A stretch of 24,000 nt of DNA from Alcanivorax sp. Lineage in GTDB: Bacteria > Pseudomonadota > Gammaproteobacteria > Pseudomonadales > Alcanivoracaceae. The DNA lies in contig NZ_CP080267.1 in the NCBI RefSeq assembly GCF_019431375.1, positions 794,080 through 818,079 of the forward strand, given 5' to 3'. Below, in pieces: positions 7,181 through 14,721 of the stretch. The notes under the pieces are model-generated. The model ran no database searches. It worked only from the letters and a program-made list of their open reading frames with translations, and was not told where the DNA came from. The position numbers were made by a program, and so were the translations under genes. The stretch's first letter is position 1, and each line of letters begins with the position of its first letter.

Positions 7181-7342
7181 ACGTGGGCCGCTTGCAAAAT
7201 TAGGCAACAGTTCGCGTCGCCAAAGCGCCCAGCTCTGCGTTGGAAAAGTTTGAAATAAGCCCACTATTCCTGCTCTTTTCCGCCTAGATCTGAACACTTT
7301 GGCTGCGCTCCTTTGTTACCGAATTTCACAAGCGGCCCACTA
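7181..7342. repeat. ~160-bp element bounded by ~24-bp imperfect inverted repeats, between the MNT and HEPN genes
   Basis: acgtgggccgcttgcaaaattagg (7181-7204) versus the reverse complement of ccgaatttcacaagcggcccacta (7319-7342). The 12-bp core gtgggccgcttg / caagcggcccac is perfect (7183-7194, 7329-7340). The right arm supplies the last codons and stop of the MNT ORF. Confidence 0.6.
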
Positions 7343-7628
7343 GCCTCTGAGATTTGCCCCTTGCCATGGATTCAAAATCCGTTGCAGGTCTGCCGGGTTC
7401 GCTGAACAGCAGGTCCACAGGCATGGAAAGCTCTTGTTCTAGCCTGAGTTTGAGTGCAGCCCTGGCAAGCAGAGGCACATGCTGCGGGCACTCAAGCAAC
7501 AGATCCAGGTCTCCACCACGCCGACTGTTGTCGAGACGCGAGCCAAACACCAGAACGCCAACCCCCTCGCCAAGACTGCCGGTGACGAGATCGCGGATGG
7601 TTTGTTGTTGTTCAAGGGTTAGGCGCAT
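7326..7628 (-). CDS. Minimal nucleotidyltransferase (MNT, HI0073-like), putative antitoxin of an MNT/HEPN pair
   Basis: GS-x(n)-D-x-D signature: VLVFGSRLDNSRRGGDLDLLLE. 100 aa. Upstream of and co-oriented with the HEPN gene. Confidence 0.8.
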   Translation of the reverse strand: MRLTLEQQQTIRDLVTGSLGEGVGVLVFGSRLDNSRRGGDLDLLLECPQHVPLLARAALKLRLEQELSMPVDLLFSEPGRPATDFESMARGKSQRLVGRL

Positions 7629-7767
7629 GTGAAGGGCTTGGTGGTTGATATGCCATCCATGTTACCCGGAGGTTGGCTTTTGGAGCAATCCAGGCACTGC
7701 GGTGGCTGTTACACCGTCCGATGCATCGGCTCGCTTTGGGGTAATAACATTTCCATGCTTATAGAGC

Positions 7768-7924
7768 CGTCATTCCGGGCTTGCCCCGGAATCTCCTCCG
7801 GTTGGCAGGGCCTTTCGGGAAGGTTGCGAGCGGCTGAGGGAGATCCCGGGGCGACCAGCGCAGAACAGAACAGACGAAGTCTGGCCCCGAAGGGGTGAGC
7901 GCAGCGAATAACCCCGGGATGACG
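7768..7924. repeat. 157-bp MITE-like repeat with terminal inverted repeats (copy B)
   Basis: cgtcattccgggc... and ...accccgggatgacg (TIR about 11/13 matching). Same length and orientation as copy A. Confidence 0.75.
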
Positions 7925-7949
7925 AGGTGTTCTGACTTATTCGCTGGGC

Positions 7950-8040
7950 GGTTCACTTGCAAGCAAGGTTATTCGCTTCGCTCACCCTACGGGCCGCACG
8001 GAACTACGTGCGTTACTCCGCTACGCTCCGTTCCTACAGG
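7950..8040 (+). repeat. REP element interrupted by a nested ~68-bp element (7973-8040)
   Basis: ggttcacttgcaagcaag | gttattcgcttcgctcaccctacgggccgcacggaactacgtgcgttactccgctacgctccgtt | cctacagg. The REP head and tail are separated by a sequence that recurs at 14543-14605. Confidence 0.6.
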
Positions 8041-8077
8041 AAAGGGGGTCATGAGCGGGAGTGTTTAAGGGATCTAG

Positions 8078-8369
8078 GGAGCCTCTGAATAACTCCTTGC
8101 GTACTCAGCGTGGCCTGAAGGGTGCAGCTGTTGTGTTTTGTCGCGACGGGCAGGGTGGTTCCCTTTCCTAGCGACAAAGCGCAGCAGATGTGCCCTTCAG
8201 GCCACGCCCTCCGGGTCTTCCAGGCTGGCCCGCACTCGTTGTTGCGTGTTGAAGGTGAAGAGCCGATGGATCGACATACACCTTCAAAATCGCGCCCTCT
8301 GTGCTCTGCGAGTATAGATTGCGAGCCAGCCTGAAAGACTGAGCATGCAAGGAGTTATTCAGAGGCTCC
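8078..8369. mobile_element. 292-bp MITE with IS5-family-type ends, flanked by a CTAG target-site duplication
   Basis: Perfect 23-bp terminal inverted repeats ggagcctctgaataactccttgc (8078-8100) and gcaaggagttattcagaggctcc (8347-8369). CTAG at 8074-8077 and 8370-8373. The ends resemble the IS5 copy ends (ggaaggtctgaataactc). No transposase-sized ORF inside. Confidence 0.8.
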
Positions 8370-8426
8370 CTAGAGTTCAGATCACTTTTGCTGCTGGCAG
8401 CCCGTAGTACAGACCAGTCAGGGGCA

Positions 8427-9143
8427 TCAATGGCCTTGTAATCTTCTCAGCCATGATTTGGCAGTGTCATTAATCAGAGAAGAGGCGAGCTCAGGTTCTA
8501 TCTGCATTTCATCGACTAGCCGCTCAACAGACTCTTCTGGTTTACAGGTAATGAGCTCCAGAGACTGGCGCAGTGAGCGAGAAATAACGGCCTCTCCATA
8601 ATGATTCACCGCAGCTTGCCAGGCGGAGTCAGGAATTCCGCCCCACTCTCTTCGCATCATGCAAAGATCAATCAGATCTTTATTACTGCTTCGATACCGA
8701 TCTGCATTGGCTAGGAGCTTGGTAGAAAAACAGCTTTCCTGTGCTACAAAAGGAACAGGGAAAAGTGAAGTACGGCTATCGGCCAGGATTCCCTGCTCAT
8801 CGAACTGGATAAGCTCCAGTTTTATTGGACGGCCGCTCCCATCGATAATGCTCCGTATGGCATCCCGATCAGCACGAATCTCACGGCCCTTATAAAGAGC
8901 CGGTTGTTTGCCTGGTTGGAAGATGTCTCCAAAGCTGTTCTGGGTAATGGAAGAACGAGCCGCTTTGTAGGACTCTCTGCCCACGCAGAACAAATCAATA
9001 TCAATGGATTCACGGTATTCGCCAAGTTCCATGGCGATTCGCGTACCACCACCAAACAGAATGTTGTACTCAATCAGGAAAGGCCCATTCAGGGCTTCGA
9101 GGATGCTCCAGATAGTTTGATGATGTGGCCTGAGCAGTTTCAT
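8427..9143 (-). CDS. AbiEii/AbiGii (DUF1814, MenT-like) nucleotidyltransferase toxin family protein, 238 aa
   Basis: N-terminal NTase motif FGGGTRIAMELGEYRESIDIDLF (GGT...R.S.DID). ATGA overlap with the upstream small ORF. Confidence 0.7.
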   Translation of the reverse strand: MKLLRPHHQTIWSILEALNGPFLIEYNILFGGGTRIAMELGEYRESIDIDLFCVGRESYKAARSSITQNSFGDIFQPGKQPALYKGREIRADRDAIRSIIDGSGRPIKLELIQFDEQGILADSRTSLFPVPFVAQESCFSTKLLANADRYRSSNKDLIDLCMMRREWGGIPDSAWQAAVNHYGEAVISRSLRQSLELITCKPEESVERLVDEMQIEPELASSLINDTAKSWLRRLQGH

Positions 9144-9361
9144 GCTGTCAGCATGACCCCATGTCCATACTTGGTTGCCAAACGAGTTATCATGGCCTTC
9201 TCTTCCGGTTTCAGCCGTTTCTGGTCCACATAACGCCAGCGGGTTTCATAGAGATGAAACGCCGCTTCCTCGGAGACAAGGCGGTCCGCTCGGTCCCACA
9301 TAATGAGATCCAGTTCGGGGTAGTATTCTCTGTCTATCAAATTTTCCGCCATACTTGTCAT
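9140..9361 (-). CDS. Small (73 aa) protein of unknown family, putative cognate antitoxin of the AbiEii-like toxin
   Basis: 4-nt ATGA overlap with the toxin start (9140-9143). No wHTH/AbiEi-sized domain. Assignment rests on position only. Confidence 0.5.
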   Translation of the reverse strand: MTSMAENLIDREYYPELDLIMWDRADRLVSEEAAFHLYETRWRYVDQKRLKPEEKAMITRLATKYGHGVMLTA

Positions 9362-9439
9362 ACCAAGCTATCCAGAAGACTACTTGCTCACTTTATCAGC
9401 AGCACGGTACGCAGAGCAATTGGGGCTTGTTAGCAGGGT

Positions 9440-9465
9440 GGTTCGCTTGCAAGCAAGCTCCTACA
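9440..9465 (+). repeat. REP element (ggttcgcttgcaagcaagctcctaca)
   Basis: Identical to the copies at 6265-6290 and 22479-22504. Lies just downstream of the prpD stop. Confidence 0.85.
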
Positions 9466-9482
9466 ACAACCCGAAGATGCTG

Positions 9483-10967
9483 TTAATGGGACAACATGTC
9501 CATAAATTCGTTGACTGGTTGAGACTCTAGCTCATCGCGGTCCTGGCACAACTCGAGGATACGTTCGGCTCTCCCCGACGGGAAACAGGTCAGCAGGTTC
9601 TGACGGAATTTGCTTTCCAGAACCGGGATGCCCTCTTCCCTGCGGCGACGGTGACCGATGGGATACTCTACGGCCACCTTGTCCGTGTGGGTGCCATCCT
9701 TGAAGAATATCTGGATGGCATTGGCGATGGAGCGTTTCTCCGGGTCGTGGTAATCCGCTGAATACTGCTTGTCTTCCTGCACCTTCATCTTATCGCGCAG
9801 GGTGTCGATAAGGGGGTGGTTTTTGTGGAAGTCATCCTCGTAGTGCTCGGCAGTGAGCTCACCGAATATCAGCGGTACGGCAACCATGTATTGCAGGCAG
9901 TGGTCCCGGTCAGCCGGATTGGCCAGCGCACCCTGTTTGGAAATGATGCGAATGGCGGAATCGTGGGTGGTGAGTTCGATGCTGTCGATCTGGTCCAGGT
10001 GATCCTTCACTTGAGGATGCAGAGTGACCGCCGCTTCACAGGCGGTCTGGGCATGGAACTCTGCCGGGAAGCTCAGTTTGAAGAGAATGTTCTCCATGAC
10101 GTAGGAGCCATAGTTTCGCTGAAAGCGGAATTTACGCTCCGCGTCGGGTTTTATCTGCTGGTCCTTGTTGGTCTTGGAAAACAGCACATCGTAGAAGCCC
10201 CACTGCTTTGCGGTCAGCGCACTGGGGATGCCCATTTCCCCTCTCAGCGCGATATCGGCCAGCCGCACGGCCCGGCTGGTGGCGTCGCCAGCGGCCCAGG
10301 ATTTTCGTGAGCCTGCGTTGGGGGCATGGCGATAGGTACGCAATGACTGGCCATCAACCCAGGCATGGGAAATGGCGGAAAGCAGCTGTTCGCGATTGGC
10401 GCCCATCATTTTTGCCGCCACGGCCGTGGACGCCACTTTCACCAGCACCACATGATCAAGCCCTACCCTGTTGAATGAATTCTCCAGCGCCAGTACGCCC
10501 TGTATTTCGTGGGCGCGGATCATGGCATCGAGCACGTCTTTCATGGTCAGCGGTGCCCTACCCTGCGCCACTCGCTTCTGGGAAAGGTGATCTGCCACCG
10601 CCAGGATCGCGCCCAGATTATCCGATGGGTGCCCCCACTCTGCCGCCAGCCAGGTGTCGTTATAGTCCAGCCAGCGAACAATGCAGCCGATGTCCCAGGC
10701 GGCTTTGACCGGGTCAAGGCGGTGCAGGGTGCCGGGAACCCGGGCAGCATGTGGGACCAGGGTGCCCTCCACCAGCGGCCCAAGGTGTTTGGTGCACTCG
10801 GGAAACCGCAGTGCCAACAGCCCACACCCCAGGGTATCCATCAGGCAGTGGCGCGCGGTGTCCCAGGCTTCTTCCGAGTCGATACGGTAGTCCAGCACAT
10901 AGTCGGCAATGGCCTGGATTTCCGGGTCGTAATCCGGGCGTTCGTTGCTATCGACGTTGGTAGACAT
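9483..10967 (-). CDS. prpD: 2-methylcitrate dehydratase PrpD (494 aa from ATG 10967)
   Basis: MmgE/PrpD-family sequence of typical length, in prp-locus context. The ORF-track start 11033 is trimmed to [24 protein letters not shown], which has SD aagagg 7 nt upstream. Confidence 0.9.
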   Translation of the reverse strand: MSTNVDSNERPDYDPEIQAIADYVLDYRIDSEEAWDTARHCLMDTLGCGLLALRFPECTKHLGPLVEGTLVPHAARVPGTLHRLDPVKAAWDIGCIVRWLDYNDTWLAAEWGHPSDNLGAILAVADHLSQKRVAQGRAPLTMKDVLDAMIRAHEIQGVLALENSFNRVGLDHVVLVKVASTAVAAKMMGANREQLLSAISHAWVDGQSLRTYRHAPNAGSRKSWAAGDATSRAVRLADIALRGEMGIPSALTAKQWGFYDVLFSKTNKDQQIKPDAERKFRFQRNYGSYVMENILFKLSFPAEFHAQTACEAAVTLHPQVKDHLDQIDSIELTTHDSAIRIISKQGALANPADRDHCLQYMVAVPLIFGELTAEHYEDDFHKNHPLIDTLRDKMKVQEDKQYSADYHDPEKRSIANAIQIFFKDGTHTDKVAVEYPIGHRRRREEGIPVLESKFRQNLLTCFPSGRAERILELCQDRDELESQPVNEFMDMLSH

Positions 10968-11040
10968 GATCAAGCCTCTTATTCCCTGGCAAACCCTTTC
11001 TTGATGCAAGCAAGCATCATCTCCCACACACAAACCAGCG

Positions 11041-11556
11041 TCAGAAACAGTCGCCGGGGACCCGTACCCAGCCTTCCATCAGCACCCGTGCGCTGCGGCT
11101 CATGCTGGCCTTGGTGGCAGTCCACTGGCCGTTCACTTGCTGGGCGCCGGCACCGACGCGCAGGGTGCCGGAGGGGTGGCCAAAGGTTACACTGTCACGT
11201 TCGCCGCCACCGGCGGCAAGGTTAACCAGGGTGCCCGGCACTGCCGAGGCACTGGCAATGGCCACGGCGGCGGTGCCCATCATGGCGTGGTGCAGTTTGC
11301 CCATGGACAGGGCCCGCACCAGCAGGTCCACCTCACCTTCCCCAATGTCCTTGCCACTGGAAGCGGTGTAGGCCTTCGGTTTTGCCACAAAGGCAATTTT
11401 GGGGGTGTGCTGACGGGCTTCCGCTTCTTCGATGTTCTCGATCAGGCCCATGCGCACGGCGCCATAGGCACGAATGTAGTCCAGCACATAGTCGGCAATG
11501 GCCTGGATTTCCGGGTCGTAATCCGGGCGTTCGTTGCTATCGACGTTGGTAGACAT
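11041..11556 (-). pseudogene. Chimeric ORF: prpD codons 1-27 (with its RBS) fused in frame to the last 144 codons of prpF
   Basis: 11476-11569 is 100% identical (94 bp) to 10887-10980. 11041-11475 aligns to 12811-13245 (prpF 3' end). The junction reads ...LDY|IRAYGAV... Confidence 0.85.
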
Positions 11557-11615
11557 GATCAAGCCTCTTCTACGCTGGTGGAGGCTTTCAGGATGGGGAC
11601 GTAATCACGTTCAGG

Positions 11616-12032
11616 TCAAGTTTCAATAATAGCCATGGTCGCAGCAGCAAAACCCGTAAAATCATCAAGGTGATGCTTGGCGATAGCGAATACGATGTTC
11701 CAGTCAAGAACATCGTAATTATGGACTGCCATATTCCGAAAACCGACAGATTTCTTCAGCTTCTCGGACAACAATGAAGTGATGATTTCCAGCTGAGCGA
11801 GACGATCGAAGGTCTCCCCCATGGTATTGGGCGGCGGCACATCATGGTCCACCAACAAGTGCGCACCGATATCAACACATAACTGCACGGCGCGACTGAG
11901 ATTCAGAACCAGGATGTCCTGAATGTCGGGGTCATTTTCCAGCACTGAGGCGGTGTCCGGACGTTTGAGTTCCACACGCTTTATACAGCGACGTAAGGAT
12001 TCCAGCTTCCGTTCAATAATCAAGATATCCAT
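11616..12032 (-). CDS. hepT: HepT (DUF86 HEPN) toxin of an MntA/HepT module
   Basis: 138 aa. HEPN motif GFRNMAVHNYDVLDW near the C-terminus. 13-nt overlap with the upstream MNT gene. Confidence 0.85.
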   Translation of the reverse strand: MDILIIERKLESLRRCIKRVELKRPDTASVLENDPDIQDILVLNLSRAVQLCVDIGAHLLVDHDVPPPNTMGETFDRLAQLEIITSLLSEKLKKSVGFRNMAVHNYDVLDWNIVFAIAKHHLDDFTGFAAATMAIIET

Positions 12033-12409
12033 TGCTGTCTCCGCTCGGACAACAAACGGCGAATGGCGGGCAAAAAATCTTCGCTGTTATAGATATGGCG
12101 CTGTATCAGCGCAACATGTTGACTGTCTGAGCCTTTCAGCCGCTTACCATCCCTGAGAATCTCGCCCAAGAGCGGCTCTCCTGCCTGGTTAACGTCGACA
12201 AGATCCACCGGGCGCCCAGCAATACTTGCCAATTTGGCAATTATTTCCATTTTCCTGGGCGCGGAGAGAGGCGCGACCGTCTGAATCGCTACATCAAGGT
12301 CGCTTTGATACTTTTCGCTGCCCTTTGCCATGGAGCCAAAGACATAGGCAAGGCTCACGTCAGATTCGTGATCCAGGTAGTCTCTAACGTGTTCAAGGGT
12401 GGTAGCCAT
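12020..12409 (-). CDS. mntA: MntA nucleotidyltransferase antitoxin (129 aa from ATG 12409)
   Basis: AYVFGSMAKGSEKYQSDLDVAI (GS...D.D). The ORF-track start 12664 runs through REP repeats, so it is trimmed to MATTLEHVRDYL (alternative ATG at 12439). Confidence 0.85.
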   Translation of the reverse strand: MATTLEHVRDYLDHESDVSLAYVFGSMAKGSEKYQSDLDVAIQTVAPLSAPRKMEIIAKLASIAGRPVDLVDVNQAGEPLLGEILRDGKRLKGSDSQHVALIQRHIYNSEDFLPAIRRLLSERRQQWIS

Positions 12410-12650
12410 GCTCGCTCCGCTGGGGTTTGCGACATCCATGATGTTAGCAGAATACGAAGGTAGCAATAAGGTTTTCGCTTCACTGGCCGCTTTTGATTCG
12501 TTAGCCCGAGAGGAAGGCCTTGCCGGTGAGTTAGTGCTTTTGTGGGAGCACATGTTGGCCTGGCAAGGAACAACGCCCGGTATTATCTGGTGCCGTTCTG
12601 AAAAACCTTCTCTGCTCGGGCAATTTGTAAACCCAGCCTCGCTAACGCTC

Positions 12651-12770
12651 GGTTCGCCATGCAAGCATGGGCTCCTACAAAACCTGCCCCCACCGTAGGA
12701 AGCTGCTTACAGGCCAAACTCGCCGTTAGCCTCAAAGCGAAAGAATTCGCCTGCAAGCAACCTCCTACAG
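12651..12770. repeat. Cluster of three REP-family elements downstream of prpF
   Basis: ggttcgccatgcaagcatgggctcctacaa (12651-12680), inverted gtaggaagctgcttacagg (12695-12713), and ttcgcctgcaagcaacctcctacag (12746-12770). Confidence 0.75.
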
Positions 12771-12810
12771 TGGAGCGCTCCTAACAGGCTCTGTTTTTAC
12801 AAAAATCAAC

Positions 12811-13989
12811 TCAGAAGCAGTCGCCGGGGACACGTACCCAGCCTTCCATCAGCACGCGGGCGCTGCGGCTCATGCTGGCCTTGGTGGCGGTCCACTGGCC
12901 GTTCACTTGCTGGGCTCCTGCGCCGACGCGCAGGGTGCCAGAGGGGTGGCCGAAGGTGACGCTGTCCCGCTCGCCGCCACCGGCGGCCAGGTTAACCAGG
13001 GTACCCGGCACTGCCGAGGCGCTGGCAATGGCCACGGCGGCGGTGCCCATCATGGCATGATGCAGCTTGCCCATGGACAGGGCCCGGACCAGCAGGTCCA
13101 CCTCCCCTTCTCCAATTTGCTTGCCACTGGATGCGGTGTAAGCCTTGGGTTTTGCCACAAAGGCAATTTTGGGGGTGTGCTGACGGGCTTCCGCTTCTTC
13201 GATGTTCTCGATCAGGCCCATGCGCACGGCGCCATAGGCACGAATGGTCTCGAACCTCTGCAGCGCCTCCTTGTTTTCGTTGATGTCGCCCTGCAGCTCT
13301 GTACCTGTGTAACCGATATCTTCTGCGTTCACGAAAACCGTAGGAATACCGGCATTGATCATGGTCGCCGGAAAGGTGCCAACGCCGGGGACTTCAAGCT
13401 CGTCGACCACATTGCCGGTGGGGAACATGGCGCCGTCGCCATCTGCCGGATCCATGAAGTCTACCTGCACCTCTGCGGCCGGGAAGGTCACCCCGTCCAG
13501 CTCGAAATCACCGGTTTCCTGGACGTCACCGTTGGTGATCGGTACGTGGGCAATGATGGTTTTCTGGATATTCACCTGCCAGATGCGCACCACGGCAATG
13601 CCGTTCTCGGGAATCCGGTCGGCTGCGACCAGGCCATTGTTGATGGCAAAGGCTCCTACCGCCGCGGTCAGGTTGCCGCAGTTGCCGCTCCAGTCGATGA
13701 AGGGCTTGTCGATGGAAACCTGACCGAACAGGTAATCCACGTCGTGATCGGCGCTGTCACTTTTGGACAGAATCACCGTCTTGCTGGTGCTGGAGGTGGC
13801 GCCGCCCATACCGTCGGTGTGCTTGCCGTAGGGGTCCGGGCTGCCGATGACGCGCAGCAGCAGTTTGTCACGGGCCTCGCCGGGCACCTGGGCCACTTCC
13901 GGCAGATCGGTGAGGCTGAAGAAAACGCCTTTGCTGGTGCCGCCGCGCATGTAGGTGGCGGGGACTTTTATTTGGGGTGCATGGGGCAT
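12811..13989 (-). CDS. prpF: PrpF, 2-methylaconitate cis-trans isomerase (392 aa from ATG 13989)
   Basis: MPHAPQIKVPATYMRGGTSKGVFF... is a typical PrpF N-terminus, and the gene follows acnD. The ORF-track start 14058 lies in GC-rich repeats and is trimmed. Confidence 0.9.
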   Translation of the reverse strand: MPHAPQIKVPATYMRGGTSKGVFFSLTDLPEVAQVPGEARDKLLLRVIGSPDPYGKHTDGMGGATSSTSKTVILSKSDSADHDVDYLFGQVSIDKPFIDWSGNCGNLTAAVGAFAINNGLVAADRIPENGIAVVRIWQVNIQKTIIAHVPITNGDVQETGDFELDGVTFPAAEVQVDFMDPADGDGAMFPTGNVVDELEVPGVGTFPATMINAGIPTVFVNAEDIGYTGTELQGDINENKEALQRFETIRAYGAVRMGLIENIEEAEARQHTPKIAFVAKPKAYTASSGKQIGEGEVDLLVRALSMGKLHHAMMGTAAVAIASASAVPGTLVNLAAGGGERDSVTFGHPSGTLRVGAGAQQVNGQWTATKASMSRSARVLMEGWVRVPGDCF

Positions 13990-14029
13990 GGGGCTTTCCT
14001 GTTCTGTTGGCTTTGTGCTTCGTAGCGTA

Positions 14030-14069
14030 CCCCTCTCCCCCCGCCCCCTCTCCCGCAAGGCGAGAGGGG
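14030..14069. repeat. GC-rich palindromic repeat (cccctctccc...gcaagg.gagagggg type)
   Basis: The hairpin ccctctcccgcaaggcgagagggg recurs at 14137-14160, at 14521-14539 plus 14597-14614 (interrupted copy), and at 14683-14721. Confidence 0.7.
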
Positions 14070-14124
14070 CGCTTTCTTTTCCGGAGTTTGGGGTGACCTG
14101 CGGACCTCGCAGTTGCTACCCTGC

Positions 14125-14487
14125 CTATCTATTCAGCCCCTCTCCCTTTGTCAGAGAGGGATCAAGGGCACTGAAAATCACCTCCAGTACCGCTTCCGTA
14201 TTCTGCAAAATCTCGTTGTTCCAGAAACGCAACACCTGAAAACCTTGTTCTTTCAACCAGGCATCACGCTGTTTGTCGGTTTCACTTTCATTGTGCTGAC
14301 CGCCATCTGCTTCAACGATCAGCCGTGAATTGAAGTGCACGAAATCTGCTATATAAGGCCCTAACGGTTGTTGCCGGCGGAATTTCTGGCCGCTCAGCCG
14401 GTGGGCCCTCAGGTGTTTCCATAACAGTCGCTCAGCGTCTGTCATGTTGGTTCGCAAGTCCTTTGCGAAATGGTGGCGGTAGTCCAT
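14125..14487 (-). CDS. DUF559 (Vsr-like endonuclease fold) domain protein
   Basis: MTDAERLLWKHLRAHRLSGQKFRRQQPLGPYIADFV...LIVEADGGQHNESETDKQRDAWLKEQGFQVLRFWNNEIL is the classic DUF559 pattern. The C-terminal tail is encoded by a GC-rich repeat. Confidence 0.85.
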   Translation of the reverse strand: MDYRHHFAKDLRTNMTDAERLLWKHLRAHRLSGQKFRRQQPLGPYIADFVHFNSRLIVEADGGQHNESETDKQRDAWLKEQGFQVLRFWNNEILQNTEAVLEVIFSALDPSLTKGEGLNR

Positions 14488-14504
14488 TACCGGCCTCCTT
14501 TCGT

Positions 14505-14721
14505 TTTGTGCTTTGTAGCGCCCCCCTCTCCCTGTCCCTTACTCGCTTCGCTCGCCCTACGGGCCGCACTGCGTGCGTTACTCCGCAAGCTCCGTTCCCG
14601 CAAGGGGAGAGGGGACCTTTTAGATAGGCTTTGGGGTAACTGCAACGCTAGCAGTTTATCCCAAACTTCGGGAAAGAAAGCTCCCCTCCCCCCTCGCGGG
14701 GGAGGGGCCGGGGGAGAGGGG
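14505..14721. repeat. Composite GC-rich repeat block between the acnD stop and the DUF559 start, including a nested ~63-bp element (14543-14605)
   Basis: gttttgtgctttgtagcgcccccctctccc... parallels ggctttgtgcttcgtagcgtacccctctccc... at 14009-14040. ggctttggggtaactgca parallels gagtttggggtgacctgc at 14083-14100. The nested unit matches 7973-8040. Confidence 0.65.

Noticed and set aside
5594-9482. Possibility that the small TA-type cassettes and intervening repeats form a chromosomal integron cassette array
   Set aside because: None of the repeat families has the attC signature (RYYYAAC ... GTTRRRY ends with internal dyad). Cassette orientations are mixed, and no intI or attI is present in the window.
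9483-14058. N-terminal extensions proposed by the ORF track (prpD from 11033, prpF from 14058, mntA from 12664, lipoprotein from 22427, 536-aa protein from TTG 3484)
   Set aside because: The extensions run through REP or GC-rich repeats or precede canonical family N-termini, signal peptides or lipoboxes. Internal ATGs with better context were chosen.
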